From Nostoc sp. (GTDB taxonomy: Bacteria > Cyanobacteriota > Cyanobacteriia > Cyanobacteriales > Nostocaceae): 32,000 nucleotides of DNA. Positions 1-9,312 of the stretch are shown here, piece after piece. The notes under the pieces are model-generated. The model did no database searches. It was not told the DNA's origin and saw nothing but the letters and a program-made list of their open reading frames with translations. Position numbers and translations under genes: made by a program. Every line of letters begins with the position of its first letter. Within the stretch, counting starts at the first letter, position 1. The stretch covers positions 16,022-48,021 of the forward strand of contig NZ_JBALFV010000125.1 of the NCBI RefSeq assembly GCF_036916735.1, written 5' to 3'.

Positions 1-562
1 GCAACCTGAAGCTGAATTATCTCGTCGGGCGATCACTTGTTTTTAAACTCATCTCACAAAATCGTATTGCTCGAATGTCTTGTTTGCAAGCCACAGCAGC
101 TACGCCAGTTTAGCGTTTCGTACAATTGATACCTGCTCACAAAACCAATTTCAGGAGAAATAGGTAGAAACAACTCTGAAATATTTATTGATAACTTTAA
201 ACAAATCCTGGAAGGCTATAAATAATTTATGATTTTTTTATAAATAATATTTATATATCAACTTATCAAAAACATTACATATTGAAAATCTTGATAATTA
301 TAGTAATAAAAGCTATTTACCAGATAAAATTCCATATATTTACTTACTAAATTTTAACAGAAAAATTCTCATAATAAATACGGAAAAGATATTATAAAAA
401 ATTTTCTGGTGCTGCTATCTTTGCAAACCTGGATTGTCAAGTCTGTTCATATACATTCTTTTTGATTAATCTAATTAATAGTTAGAGCAATAAATAATAT
501 TTTCTTGCTCAAAACCTAAAAAGCAAATTTTTGTATTTATTGATTTGGGAGAATAATTTACT

Positions 563-832
563 ATGTCTATAAACAAAAACCTGATAGGTGAAAATCAAGA
601 AGAATTGTTTGAAGTCTTATCAGATGAATGCTGCGAACAAATAATCGGAGGGAAAAGTTGGTGGAAGAAATTTACAAAAACAGTTGAGCATGCCACAATC
701 AAAACTTTGAATAATACAGGCAACGCAGTGACTCAGTACGGAGGCATGTCAGCACTTGGAGTTTATACAGCAGGTGAGCTAGCTTTAGAAGCTACTGGAA
801 TAGTCGGAAATAACCAAATAGACGGAAATTAA
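563..832 (+). CDS. Small exported peptide precursor with double-glycine (GG) leader; candidate class II bacteriocin-like peptide
   Basis: 89-aa ORF with a GGGAGA Shine-Dalgarno about 8 nt before the ATG. The first 30 aa (MSINKNLIGENQEELFEVLSDECCEQIIGG) end in a GG cleavage-type motif with hydrophobic residues at -4, -12 and -15. The predicted 59-aa core starts cationic/amphipathic (KSWWKKFTK) and then becomes Gly/Ala-rich. Hairpins follow the stop. Confidence 0.6.
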   Translation: MSINKNLIGENQEELFEVLSDECCEQIIGGKSWWKKFTKTVEHATIKTLNNTGNAVTQYGGMSALGVYTAGELALEATGIVGNNQIDGN

Positions 833-899
833 ACTAAGAAAACTTAAACAACTTATTTACCTCATTTCTCAACTTTAGCTGAGAAATGCAATTACTTAA

Positions 900-937
900 G
901 CTCTGCCTCCTTGAAACAACTAAAGGCAGAGCTTTTT
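900..937 (+). terminator. Rho-independent terminator-like hairpin downstream of the GG-leader peptide gene
   Basis: GCTCTGCCT (900-908) pairs with AGGCAGAGC (924-932), a perfect 9-bp stem, followed by TTTTT (933-937). A second hairpin, CATTTCTC/GAGAAATG, lies at 863-888. Confidence 0.55.
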
Positions 938-1252
938 GCTTACTACACTTCAAAAATGACTCATGCACTTGATAGGTTTGATTCTAGCGATCGCTGGTAG
1001 TAGCATTTTTGGTAGCCAAAAAAGATAACAATATCCAGCACAATAGTCCAGTATGGGGCTGTAACCCCATACCAAATAGCGATTTTTCATCTTGCCTCTA
1101 GGGCAATACTTTTGGGTATAAAGTGCTAAAATGCCTATTGTATATACATTTTTGCAGTTTTTGCCTCCTTTGTTCAGATTTTGTGAGAAATACGAAAGAG
1201 GTGTTCGCTCCATTAACTTAAAAACAATCGCACAATTTTAGGAAAAATAACC

Positions 1253-1951
1253 ATGATTGATCTTTATTATTGGACAACTCCTAACGGTCATAAAATTACG
1301 ATCTTTTTAGAAGAAGTCGGTTTGGAATATACCATAATTCCTGTGAATATTGGGGCTGGGGATCAATTTAAACCAGAATTTCTGAATATTTCTCCTAACA
1401 ATCGCATACCAGCGATCATTGACCACGAACCAGCTGATAGAGGTGTGCCGATTTCGGTATTTGAGTCTGGTGCAATTTTGTTATATTTGGCAGAAAAAAC
1501 TGGGAAATTAATCCCCCAAGATTTACGTAATCGCACTCAAGTTTTAGAATGGTTGTTCTGGCAAATGGCAGGACTGGGGCCAATGGCGGGACAAAATCAT
1601 CACTTTAGCGCCTACGCTCCCGAAAAAATAGAGTATGCAATTAACCGTTATGTGAATGAGACGGGACGCTTATATGCAGTGCTGAATAAGCAACTAGCAG
1701 ATAGAGAATTTGTGGCTGGCGATTATTCCATCGCCGATATTGCTGCATATCCCTGGATTGTGCCCTATGAGCGCCAAAGTCAGAATTTAGAGGATTTTCC
1801 TCACGTTAAGCGGTGGTTTGAGGCAATTAAAGCCCGTCCAGCAACAATTCGCGCTTACGAGAAAGCAGAAGCACTGAAAACTCAAGCGCTTGATCCAGAT
1901 AAGTCACGAGATTTGTTATTTAACCAGTCGGCGAAGACTATTCGACCTTGA
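1253..1951 (+). CDS. yfcG: Glutathione S-transferase, Nu-class (YfcG-like disulfide-bond reductase)
   Basis: 232 aa. The N-terminus MIDLYYWTTPNGHKITIFLEEVGL...QFKPEFLNISPNNRIPAIIDH...FESGAILLYLAEKTG...GPMAGQNHHF closely parallels E. coli YfcG as I recall it. Confidence 0.85.
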   Translation: MIDLYYWTTPNGHKITIFLEEVGLEYTIIPVNIGAGDQFKPEFLNISPNNRIPAIIDHEPADRGVPISVFESGAILLYLAEKTGKLIPQDLRNRTQVLEWLFWQMAGLGPMAGQNHHFSAYAPEKIEYAINRYVNETGRLYAVLNKQLADREFVAGDYSIADIAAYPWIVPYERQSQNLEDFPHVKRWFEAIKARPATIRAYEKAEALKTQALDPDKSRDLLFNQSAKTIRP

Positions 1952-2022
1952 GCCTAATGAAATTGTCTTGTCATTGTGGCGATCGCTAAGTTACCTCTAA
2001 CCCCAGATCATCTGTCGCAACT

Positions 2023-2568
2023 ATGAGCAACGATTTATCACTATCTTCCTTTCCTCAATTAGAAACAGAAAGGCTGCTTCTGCGTGAGACAACGTTGCAG
2101 GATGCTGAGGCTATCTTTGCTGTATTTTCCGATCCAAGGGTGACTCAGTTTCACAATCTTGATACTTTCACTTCTATTGAAGAGGCGATCGCACTCATTG
2201 TCCGTAGAGCCAAGCGGTTTGAGCGAGGAATAGGAATTCGCTGGGGAATTGCCCGTAAGCAAGACAACGTTATGATTGGTTCTTGTGGGTTTACGTGGAA
2301 CCCACAAGAACAGTCTGCTGAGATTGGTTATGAGCTTGCCAATACTTTTTGGAGACAAGGTATCATGACTGAGGCGGTGCATACCATCTTGCAATTTGGG
2401 TTTGAGAAAATGGGTTTGCGTTTCGTTGTTGCCCAAGTCATGCTGGACAACATAGCTTCTAAAAAGTTGCTTGAAAAGTTAGGTTTTCAGAGTCAGGGTG
2501 TACTGAAACAGTATGGCTTCTTCAAAGGGCAGTTTCACGATCTGGAGCAATTTGTGCTTAACAAATAA
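2023..2568 (+). CDS. GNAT family N-acetyltransferase (RimJ/RimL-like)
   Basis: 181 aa. ETERLLLRE...F..FSDPRVTQF at the N-terminus plus the acetyl-CoA binding-type segment WRQGIMTEAV...A.N..S..LLEKLGF. Confidence 0.8.
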   Translation: MSNDLSLSSFPQLETERLLLRETTLQDAEAIFAVFSDPRVTQFHNLDTFTSIEEAIALIVRRAKRFERGIGIRWGIARKQDNVMIGSCGFTWNPQEQSAEIGYELANTFWRQGIMTEAVHTILQFGFEKMGLRFVVAQVMLDNIASKKLLEKLGFQSQGVLKQYGFFKGQFHDLEQFVLNK

Positions 2569-2799
2569 AATTCGTTACTTACTTTTTAATTACCGATGAG
2601 CTTTAGTATCGCCTTGAAAGCTGCCTGGAAAAACGTAAGCGCATTATCTTGCTAGACACAGACAGAGTAAAAGAGGTTTTAATTATTAGAGAATAAAACC
2701 TATAATTTGTTAAAATTTGCATAAATAGCTAAAAATCAATAGATAAGACTATTGAGCCTAGCTCCAGAGAATTTATAAAACTTAAAAAGGAGAATCATC

Positions 2800-3294
2800 A
2801 TGAATTCATTGAAGATGTTCATTAATCCAGCAAAGATTTTTGCATTTGCTTTATCATTTCTTATATTCTGTTTTTCTACATCAGCGATACCTTCGGTAAG
2901 CTTCTCTACGAGACGCTTTGCGAACGCTAACGCAGCGCCAAGGACCCTCGCTACCTTAATTATCACAGAAAAAGCTCAAATTACTGAAGGAAAGTTCAGT
3001 ATCGACACAACTACACCAATTCCTTTGCCAGCTACAGCAGTTATTCGCTCTGCTAAACTTTTTTTACCAGTTGGTGAAACTGGAACAATTAATAAGATTA
3101 AAATTACTGGCCCAAATGGACTTGAATTTGGCTGTCAAGATATTAAGGTGAAGAACGGTGTTGATTTAATTAAAGCCTGTGGTGGCCCTGCTGTTTTAGA
3201 AGCAGGAGGAGCGATTACTTATGTAGCTGAAGGAAGTGGTTTTGCACCAGAACGTAACACCAAACTAACAGTTGTTTTATCAGATGATTTTTAA
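2800..3294 (+). CDS. Secreted hypothetical protein (N-terminal signal peptide)
   Basis: 164 aa. Strong AAGGAG Shine-Dalgarno before the ATG and a hydrophobic N-terminus (IFAFALSFLIFCFSTSA). I recognise no family. Confidence 0.65.
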   Translation: MNSLKMFINPAKIFAFALSFLIFCFSTSAIPSVSFSTRRFANANAAPRTLATLIITEKAQITEGKFSIDTTTPIPLPATAVIRSAKLFLPVGETGTINKIKITGPNGLEFGCQDIKVKNGVDLIKACGGPAVLEAGGAITYVAEGSGFAPERNTKLTVVLSDDF

Positions 3295-3350
3295 ACACCA
3301 CTTTCAATCGTAATTACAACAAATCTTCTGAATAAGTCGAACTAGCTTTT

Positions 3351-3406
3351 ATTCCAAGCACAAATTATCTGAATCAGCTTATGTTCTCAATATTTGTGCT
3401 TGGAAT
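3351..3406. terminator. Perfect 15-bp stem hairpin downstream of the 2800-3294 ORF
   Basis: ATTCCAAGCACAAAT (3351-3365) and ATTTGTGCTTGGAAT (3392-3406) are exact reverse complements with a 26-nt loop. No U-tract follows, so a terminator role is uncertain. Confidence 0.4.
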
Positions 3407-3586
3407 ACATTACTAAATAATTCATAACTCATAATTCATAAATTTCAGACCTATACAACGGTTCCTCTTAAATTTTTAATGAGCGTTGTTTTAAGAGGGT
3501 GGATAGTTCAGCATATCACACACTCTTGAAATTATAAATTACTAATTATGAATAAATTATGTTGACGCTATGTCAATACATTACTT

Positions 3587-4279
3587 ATGTTAATAATTTA
3601 TCGTGTAACACATTTCAATCTTGTCTTGATCGAATGGGTATTAATCGGCTGGTCAATTCGTCTGTGGCAGCAATCAACCAGTTTAGCAATGATTGTGTTG
3701 CCTATAGTGCTAGTGAGCATTAGTTATGACAATCTCATTCTTTTAATAGGAAGTCTGATTGGTGAAGGAGAGCTTTTGAAAACTCTCTCTATGCTGCGCT
3801 TTTTATTACATTATTTAGTTGTACCACTATTTATTGTAATTGGTGTTGAACTCGCTCACCGTGCTGGAGCTAATTGGGCTAATACAGTAGTCCGGGTTTT
3901 ATCTTGGGTAATTGCATTAGGACTTACAGCGATAGATGTTGCCACCCGCTATATAAGGCTGGAACTAGTTCCAATAGAGTTCGCAGGAATCCTACGTTAT
4001 CATGATGCCAACTTGAGCGGGCCGCCAATTATAACGATTGTAGTTAATCTGTTTGTCCTAGTAATTAGCATTGGTATTTGGTTCAGGCTAAAGTGGCCGT
4101 GGTTATTTGTAGCAACCTTGGTTTCCCTTATTGGTAATGCTATGCCCTCCTATGCAGTAGGTACGCTTCCTGGAAGCTGCTCTGAATTGGTAATGGCAAT
4201 AAGTTTGTTGTTAACTGAGGAGCGCACACAATTTTTTCTTGTTACTCAAGGAGAGACAACTTTTCTATCTAGTGACTAA
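3587..4279 (+). CDS. Hypothetical polytopic membrane protein
   Basis: 230-aa ORF with about 6-7 hydrophobic segments. No recognisable family. Confidence 0.55.
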   Translation: MLIIYRVTHFNLVLIEWVLIGWSIRLWQQSTSLAMIVLPIVLVSISYDNLILLIGSLIGEGELLKTLSMLRFLLHYLVVPLFIVIGVELAHRAGANWANTVVRVLSWVIALGLTAIDVATRYIRLELVPIEFAGILRYHDANLSGPPIITIVVNLFVLVISIGIWFRLKWPWLFVATLVSLIGNAMPSYAVGTLPGSCSELVMAISLLLTEERTQFFLVTQGETTFLSSD

Positions 4280-4754
4280 AAGGTAGATCCCACAACCCGC
4301 AATTTGAGTAACATAAGTACGCGTATACTCAAAAATATAATTATGCCAATTAAATCATTACATATCGTTATCATGAGCTTTTTGGTATTAACTAGGTAAG
4401 AAAAACCCAAACTATGTAAAAATTAATAGGAAAAATGCATTTACCAAGGTAATTTAAAATATGGACGCTCCTTTAAGGAGATTCTTGGCTGCTGGGCAAG
4501 ACCGAAGTTTGTTAAACTTTAAAAGATTACACTTACTAAAGAAAGTCAAAGACTAAACAGAAGTAATTAAGTTGGAATTAGCTGCTGTTAGAGAATAAAC
4601 TCACTTGAAGTATTTAAGCGAATCAGGTTTTGTGCATCAAGCAAACCTGGTCATACCTAATAAAGGATTGTTTGACCAGAAATAAAAAAGTACAGAGCAA
4701 GTAAATTTATTTATAGTTACTGAGCGTAGCCGAAGTATGAGCTTGGTAAATTTT

Positions 4755-4778
4755 TGAATGCGTGAATGCGTGAATGCG
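4755..4778. repeat. Tandem octamer repeat (TGAATGCG x3)
   Basis: Read directly: tgaatgcg tgaatgcg tgaatgcg, in the intergenic region upstream of the acyltransferase gene, next to other dispersed-repeat-like sequence (gaacgcgagtgcgtcccgtaggcaagggg). Confidence 0.8.
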
Positions 4779-4849
4779 TGACTTCCCCGAACGCGAGTGC
4801 GTCCCGTAGGCAAGGGGCTGACCTTTACCAATCCTGTTAGAATGCATTG

Positions 4850-5698
4850 ATGTCAAAAAAGCAATATCTCATAAACAAAAAACCCGGTTGGTCTTTGGAT
4901 GAGCGAGATCCAAAGTTCATCAAATCTCTGATGCCTCTATTTGGCTTTTTTTATGACTACTATTTCCGAGTTCAAACCAGTGGTTGGGATAATATTCCAC
5001 CCCAAGAAAAAGTCCTATTTGTCGGTTCGCATAATGGGGGACTCGCGGCCCCCGATATGACAATGATGATGTACGACTGGTTCCGACGATTTGGTGTCGA
5101 GCAACCCGTTTATGGTTTGATGCATCCTAAAGTTTGGCAGGTTAGCCCGCCACTAGCGCAACTGGTTGCTAAGGCTGGAGCAATCATGGCTCATCCGAAA
5201 ATGGCTTACGCGGCCTTGCGCTCTGGAGCGAGTGTGCTAGTTTATCCAGGTGGAGCCGAAGATATTTTCCGACCGCATTATTTACGTAACAAAATCTATT
5301 TTGTGGGGCGGCAAGGATTTATCAAGTTAGCATTGCGGGAAAATGTGCCGATTGTCCCTGTAATTTCCTGGGGCGCTCACGATACACTGATTGTACTGGC
5401 TGAGTGCTATAAAATTGTGCAACAACTCCATGAATGGGGGATGCCTTGGCTGTTGGGAATTGATCCGGAAGTTTTTCCTATCTATCTCGGACTGCCTTGG
5501 GGATTAGCAATTGGCCCGTTACCCAACATTCCATTACCTATGTCCATGTACACGCGGGTTTGCCCCCCAATTGTGTTTCAACGCTACGGTCGTGAAGCAG
5601 CCAGCGATCGCTACTATGTCAATGAATGTTATAAATTAGTTGTTAGTCAAATGCAGCAAGAGTTAGATGACTTAGTAAAGCTGGCTAGTAAGTCCTAA
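4850..5698 (+). CDS. Acyltransferase family protein (LPLAT/PlsC-DGAT2-like superfamily)
   Basis: The ORF track starts at TTG 4847; ATG at 4850 is the more likely start. Family-like segments are VLFVGSHNGG, VLVYPGGAEDIFR and GFIKLALRENVPIVPV. Substrate is unknown. Confidence 0.6.
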   Translation: MSKKQYLINKKPGWSLDERDPKFIKSLMPLFGFFYDYYFRVQTSGWDNIPPQEKVLFVGSHNGGLAAPDMTMMMYDWFRRFGVEQPVYGLMHPKVWQVSPPLAQLVAKAGAIMAHPKMAYAALRSGASVLVYPGGAEDIFRPHYLRNKIYFVGRQGFIKLALRENVPIVPVISWGAHDTLIVLAECYKIVQQLHEWGMPWLLGIDPEVFPIYLGLPWGLAIGPLPNIPLPMSMYTRVCPPIVFQRYGREAASDRYYVNECYKLVVSQMQQELDDLVKLASKS

Positions 5699-6001
5699 AG
5701 CTATTGAGTAAAATTAATAAGTTTAACTTCTAACCAGTTTGATTACAGACGAGTAAGGTCTACCTTGAAAACCGTAGTTTATTGGAATTAAGAGAGGTCA
5801 AAACTCAAACTATGACTGAAAAATCTAGTTTTAAAACAAAATGGATGTAGTTTAGACACATTTAATTGTATAGAATTTAATGACACAGCAGAATATAGAA
5901 TACAGAATTCAGGAGTAAAACACGCTTTATACCTGGGTAACAGACGAATCGTTGTGTACCTGACCAACTTTAAATCTGCCATAAGACAAGTAAAAACTTA
6001 A

Positions 6002-7339
6002 TTGAAGAAGTTTTATATGATTATGCTAAATGTTAATAATTATAGCAATCAGAAAAAAAATCAAATATTGTTAGGTCTTGCCATCATACTATCATTAATA
6101 TTGTGTGTTGAGTTAGCAATAAGAGCTTCTCATTTTCATCTTGAAGCTTTAGCTAATACCACAGGTCGATATTTACCTGATTTTTCTAAAACTATTGACA
6201 AAATCAGAGTAGGTATAGAATACCGTTGTTTAATTATTATATATATTTTGTGGTTAATAATAAACAAAAAAAGAGATATAAGGGATATAAGTTTTATAAA
6301 AATACTAAAAAATAGTTCATTATTTTTGCTAATTGCCTTCATAAGTTATCCAATAACCACTGATATTAATTTATATGTACATTATGGTTTAATGGATTTA
6401 AATGGAATTAATCCTTTTATTAATGCTGCAAGCACATTTACCTCAAAGTTGTCTCCATTTCTAATCTGGAAACAGACTTCAACTTATGGGCCTATATCTC
6501 AACTATTTTTTATGTTTTCCGCTATTTTTGTTGCAATTACTCCAATCTTGGGAATTTATATATTTAAATTAATATGTCTTTTATTCCATATATTAAATAG
6601 TTACTTAATATGGCAGCAGTTAAAAATATCTCCTCATAAAATTAAGATAACAATTGCATATTTAATTAACCCGTATTTGCTGTATTCTCAAGTTACAAAT
6701 GCACATATTGATGTATTAATTTCTACAGTTTTAATTATTTTAATAATATGCCTCAAAAACCATAATTATATAGCTACGATTATTACAGCATGGATTGGTT
6801 TTCTAATTAAAACATTACCAATTATTTGGTTACCTCTAATATTTGTTTATTTGATTAAGCAACAACATTGGAGAATTTTATTCAGTGGTATTCGTATATC
6901 TTTAGGTATAATTTTTGTCACTTGTATTACAGCTCTACCTACAGCCGATGCTTGGAAAAGCCTTTTAAATCCTGGGGTTGGAGAAATAGTAGGTGATTCG
7001 TTATATGCTTTGGTAAAGAGTTTACTAAATTTGAAAATTCTAAACTTTTCTCTAAGTCTCCAACATACTTTATACTCAATATTTAAACCTATAATATTTT
7101 CTATATTTGTAGTTTCTTATTTGATTATTCTGGTAAAACCATATTGGAAAAAAAATTATTCTGAAACTAATCTTAGTATACATTTAGGATGGGTTACTTT
7201 AATATTATTTATGTTTGCTGCTCCTTGGTATTGCTCTTGGTATTCCTCTGTGCTGCTGGCAGTCGTGGCTTTAAACATATATTCAAAAAGATTCGCAATT
7301 ACTAGCATCGCATTCTGCATTATAAGTTCTATTGCTTAG
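6002..7339 (+). CDS. Polytopic membrane protein, GT-C-fold glycosyltransferase-like (DUF2029/GT87-like); strongly AT-rich
   Basis: 445 aa with at least 10 predicted TM segments. The first loop, TTDINLYVHYGLMDLNGINPF...STYGPISQLFF, resembles the D..Y....G.NPY ... YPP..Q motif of GT-C mannosyltransferase-like families. Start is ambiguous (TTG 6002 or ATG 6017). Composition is rich in I/L/N/K/F/Y. Confidence 0.5.
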   Translation: MKKFYMIMLNVNNYSNQKKNQILLGLAIILSLILCVELAIRASHFHLEALANTTGRYLPDFSKTIDKIRVGIEYRCLIIIYILWLIINKKRDIRDISFIKILKNSSLFLLIAFISYPITTDINLYVHYGLMDLNGINPFINAASTFTSKLSPFLIWKQTSTYGPISQLFFMFSAIFVAITPILGIYIFKLICLLFHILNSYLIWQQLKISPHKIKITIAYLINPYLLYSQVTNAHIDVLISTVLIILIICLKNHNYIATIITAWIGFLIKTLPIIWLPLIFVYLIKQQHWRILFSGIRISLGIIFVTCITALPTADAWKSLLNPGVGEIVGDSLYALVKSLLNLKILNFSLSLQHTLYSIFKPIIFSIFVVSYLIILVKPYWKKNYSETNLSIHLGWVTLILFMFAAPWYCSWYSSVLLAVVALNIYSKRFAITSIAFCIISSIA

Positions 7340-7685
7340 ACGTAGTTTTTCACTCTCCCCTGTAAAACAAGAGTTTGCAGTGGTAAAAGTAGAGATGAAT
7401 ATGTATGCTAATTTGACATACTCCCCACCCAGAGGGTAGGGATTTTAAACTCAAACAGCAATTGTAGAGAAGTCCATTGCGTTAGCGTAGTGGGGCTTTG
7501 CTTTTAGCGTCTCCAAGAGTTGCCCATTGTGAATTGGTTTAACGTGGTTTGAATTAGTCCAATATTATTAGTTTTTTCGCTCAAAAGAGGCGATGTATGT
7601 AGCAAAAACTCTTTATCAAAGTGAGTAATCAGTAATTATGAGTTAGGAGTTTTAAATCTTTAATTCATAACTCCTAACTTCTTTG

Positions 7686-7946
7686 CTAGCCGCCGCTAAC
7701 TGGTGGAATCAGCACAACTTCATCCCCGTCTTGTAGTAGGGTATCCGGTTCGACAAATACTAGATTAATTCCAAAGCGGGTAACGTCACGCCATTGGGAG
7801 AGTTCGGGGTGTTCAGCTATGAGGCGATCGCATACTGTCTTGACTGGCATACTTTTAGGAAATTCCAGCACCAGTTCTGAAACCCTAAAGGCTTCTTGAT
7901 AAGCAGCGAATAATTTGACAGTAACGGTGATTGCAGATTTAGACAT
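7686..7946 (-). CDS. moaD: Molybdopterin synthase sulfur-carrier subunit MoaD (MoaD/ThiS ubiquitin-like fold)
   Basis: C-terminal ...DGDEVVLIPPVSGG ends in the diagnostic Gly-Gly. Size is about 86 aa if started at Met16 of the tracked ORF (MSKSAITVTVKLFAAY...). Confidence 0.8.
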   Translation of the reverse strand: MSKSAITVTVKLFAAYQEAFRVSELVLEFPKSMPVKTVCDRLIAEHPELSQWRDVTRFGINLVFVEPDTLLQDGDEVVLIPPVSGG

Positions 7947-8154
7947 ACAACATGCTTTGGCAGTACCAGCAAATAGTTTAATACTTGACAAGTACCCTAA
8001 ACTCTTGGGCTTAATTATACATTACGTTTATTTGATTATTGTAGATTGCTATTTTGCTATTTTTGAATAGATGCGCTACTAGGTTAGATGCTATTTATAT
8101 AACAAAAGGCAATCTTTCTATATGAAAAAAGCTATTTCGATTATTGCGGATATT

Positions 8155-8382
8155 TTATATATCCTTACAATCATTCGCATTCGGCTTAACTATAGACAAT
8201 AGAAAACGAGAACCTATTGCTCTTAAATCGTATGGTATTACATGAGTTGGTATATCAAAAATCCATCCTATACCTGCCCATGCAGTATTTTCCGAACGTT
8301 CCCAGGCTACTCTTGTGTATCCCCCATCCAAGTGAAAAATTACTTTTACAGTTTCTCTGGCTAACAGAAATATTTCATTCAT
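8155..8382 (-). CDS. Hypothetical small protein (weak support)
   Basis: 75-aa ORF with no recognisable motif and no clear Shine-Dalgarno. Confidence 0.25.
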   Translation of the reverse strand: MNEIFLLARETVKVIFHLDGGYTRVAWERSENTAWAGIGWIFDIPTHVIPYDLRAIGSRFLLSIVKPNANDCKDI

Positions 8383-8561
8383 TATAATTATTTTATTTCA
8401 ATGCTTTTTAGAGGGCGGGTTTTCCGTCCCACCCCATAATAATTACAAGCCAGATACCTATTACCTAGCAGCCAAATTCCGTAGGAAGTGTTGTTGCAAA
8501 GCTTCCTTAAAGCCGATCGCAGCAACTCGTTTTAACTTTTATTCACTGAATAATATGATTT

Positions 8562-9242
8562 TCATGAAACACTAGGATCATCAGCAGTTTTGATCTCTCG
8601 CAAAATTCGTTCGACTTGATTAACTTTTTCATTTCTATTCTGTTCTTTGAAAATTTTTAAAGCTTTTTCTAAAGAAGCTAGCGCCTCATCTTTTTTATTT
8701 GTTTGCAACAATGCCAGTGCAAAATTAGTCAATGCTTCGGCATAATTAGGATTAATTTCCAGAGCTTTTTTATATTCAGTAATGGCTTCTTCCCAACTGC
8801 TTTGGCTAGCGTAAACCATACCCATCCCATTGTAAGCTAGAGCATATTTCGGTTTGAGGCGAATCGCTTCTTTATAGGCGGTAATTGCTTCTTCTGATTT
8901 CTTTTGTTGAAAAAGCGTATTTCCTAGTTGAAAGTGTCCGAAGGCATCTTCTGGGAATTTTTTAATGAGTTTACGTAAATTTTCTTCTGCGCCTTTGAAG
9001 TCTCCTTGATTATATAAAGCATTGGCTTGTTGCAGGAGCTGCGATCGCTCTGATGTATCTGTACCTGAAGATTGTGCTATTTTTTGTGGTTGTCTATGTG
9101 CAGACTGTTCTAGCGAATGTAAAGAAACTTGTCCAGGAACCGCTAACACTAATGGTGATAGACTAATTACAGTTATGATACTCAGCGTCATGCCGCTAAA
9201 AGATTGAACAAATGCTGATTTGGATTTGCGCTTCACCTTCAT
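8562..9242 (-). CDS. Secreted tetratricopeptide-repeat (TPR) protein
   Basis: 226 aa. N-terminal signal-like segment MKVKRKSKS...LSIITVISLSPLVLA, followed by about four 34-aa TPR units (e.g. AEENLRKLIKKFPEDAFGHFQLGNTL, AITAYKEAIRLKPKYALAYNGMGMVY, AITEYKKALEINPNYAEALTNFA). Confidence 0.8.
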   Translation of the reverse strand: MKVKRKSKSAFVQSFSGMTLSIITVISLSPLVLAVPGQVSLHSLEQSAHRQPQKIAQSSGTDTSERSQLLQQANALYNQGDFKGAEENLRKLIKKFPEDAFGHFQLGNTLFQQKKSEEAITAYKEAIRLKPKYALAYNGMGMVYASQSSWEEAITEYKKALEINPNYAEALTNFALALLQTNKKDEALASLEKALKIFKEQNRNEKVNQVERILREIKTADDPSVS

Positions 9243-9312
9243 CGCCCTGAATGCCTCAATAACTTCCTATTCTTATAATAATGTGAAGATGCATTAGTAA
9301 GTCTGCAATACA

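Noticed and set aside
1-46. Possible 3' end of a plus-strand gene (…QPEAELSRRAITCF*)
   Set aside because: Only 14 codons are visible, which is too short to support a call.
950-1213. 87-aa minus-strand ORF between the GG-peptide gene and the GST gene (considered as a possible immunity protein)
   Set aside because: No Shine-Dalgarno, odd Cys/Tyr-rich composition, opposite strand to the peptide gene, and it overlaps hairpin-like sequence. It cannot be supported from sequence alone.
4637-5982. Short minus-strand ORFs 4637-4831 and 5788-5982
   Set aside because: The first covers octamer/dispersed-repeat DNA. The second lies in AT-rich intergenic sequence without start context. Neither has a recognisable motif.
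7340-7685. 345-bp ORF-free region examined for tRNA or ncRNA
   Set aside because: No tRNA-like T-arm or anticodon structure found. It contains only dispersed-repeat-like fragments and a TTAGGAG/CTCCTAA hairpin. No tRNA or rRNA was recognised anywhere in the window.
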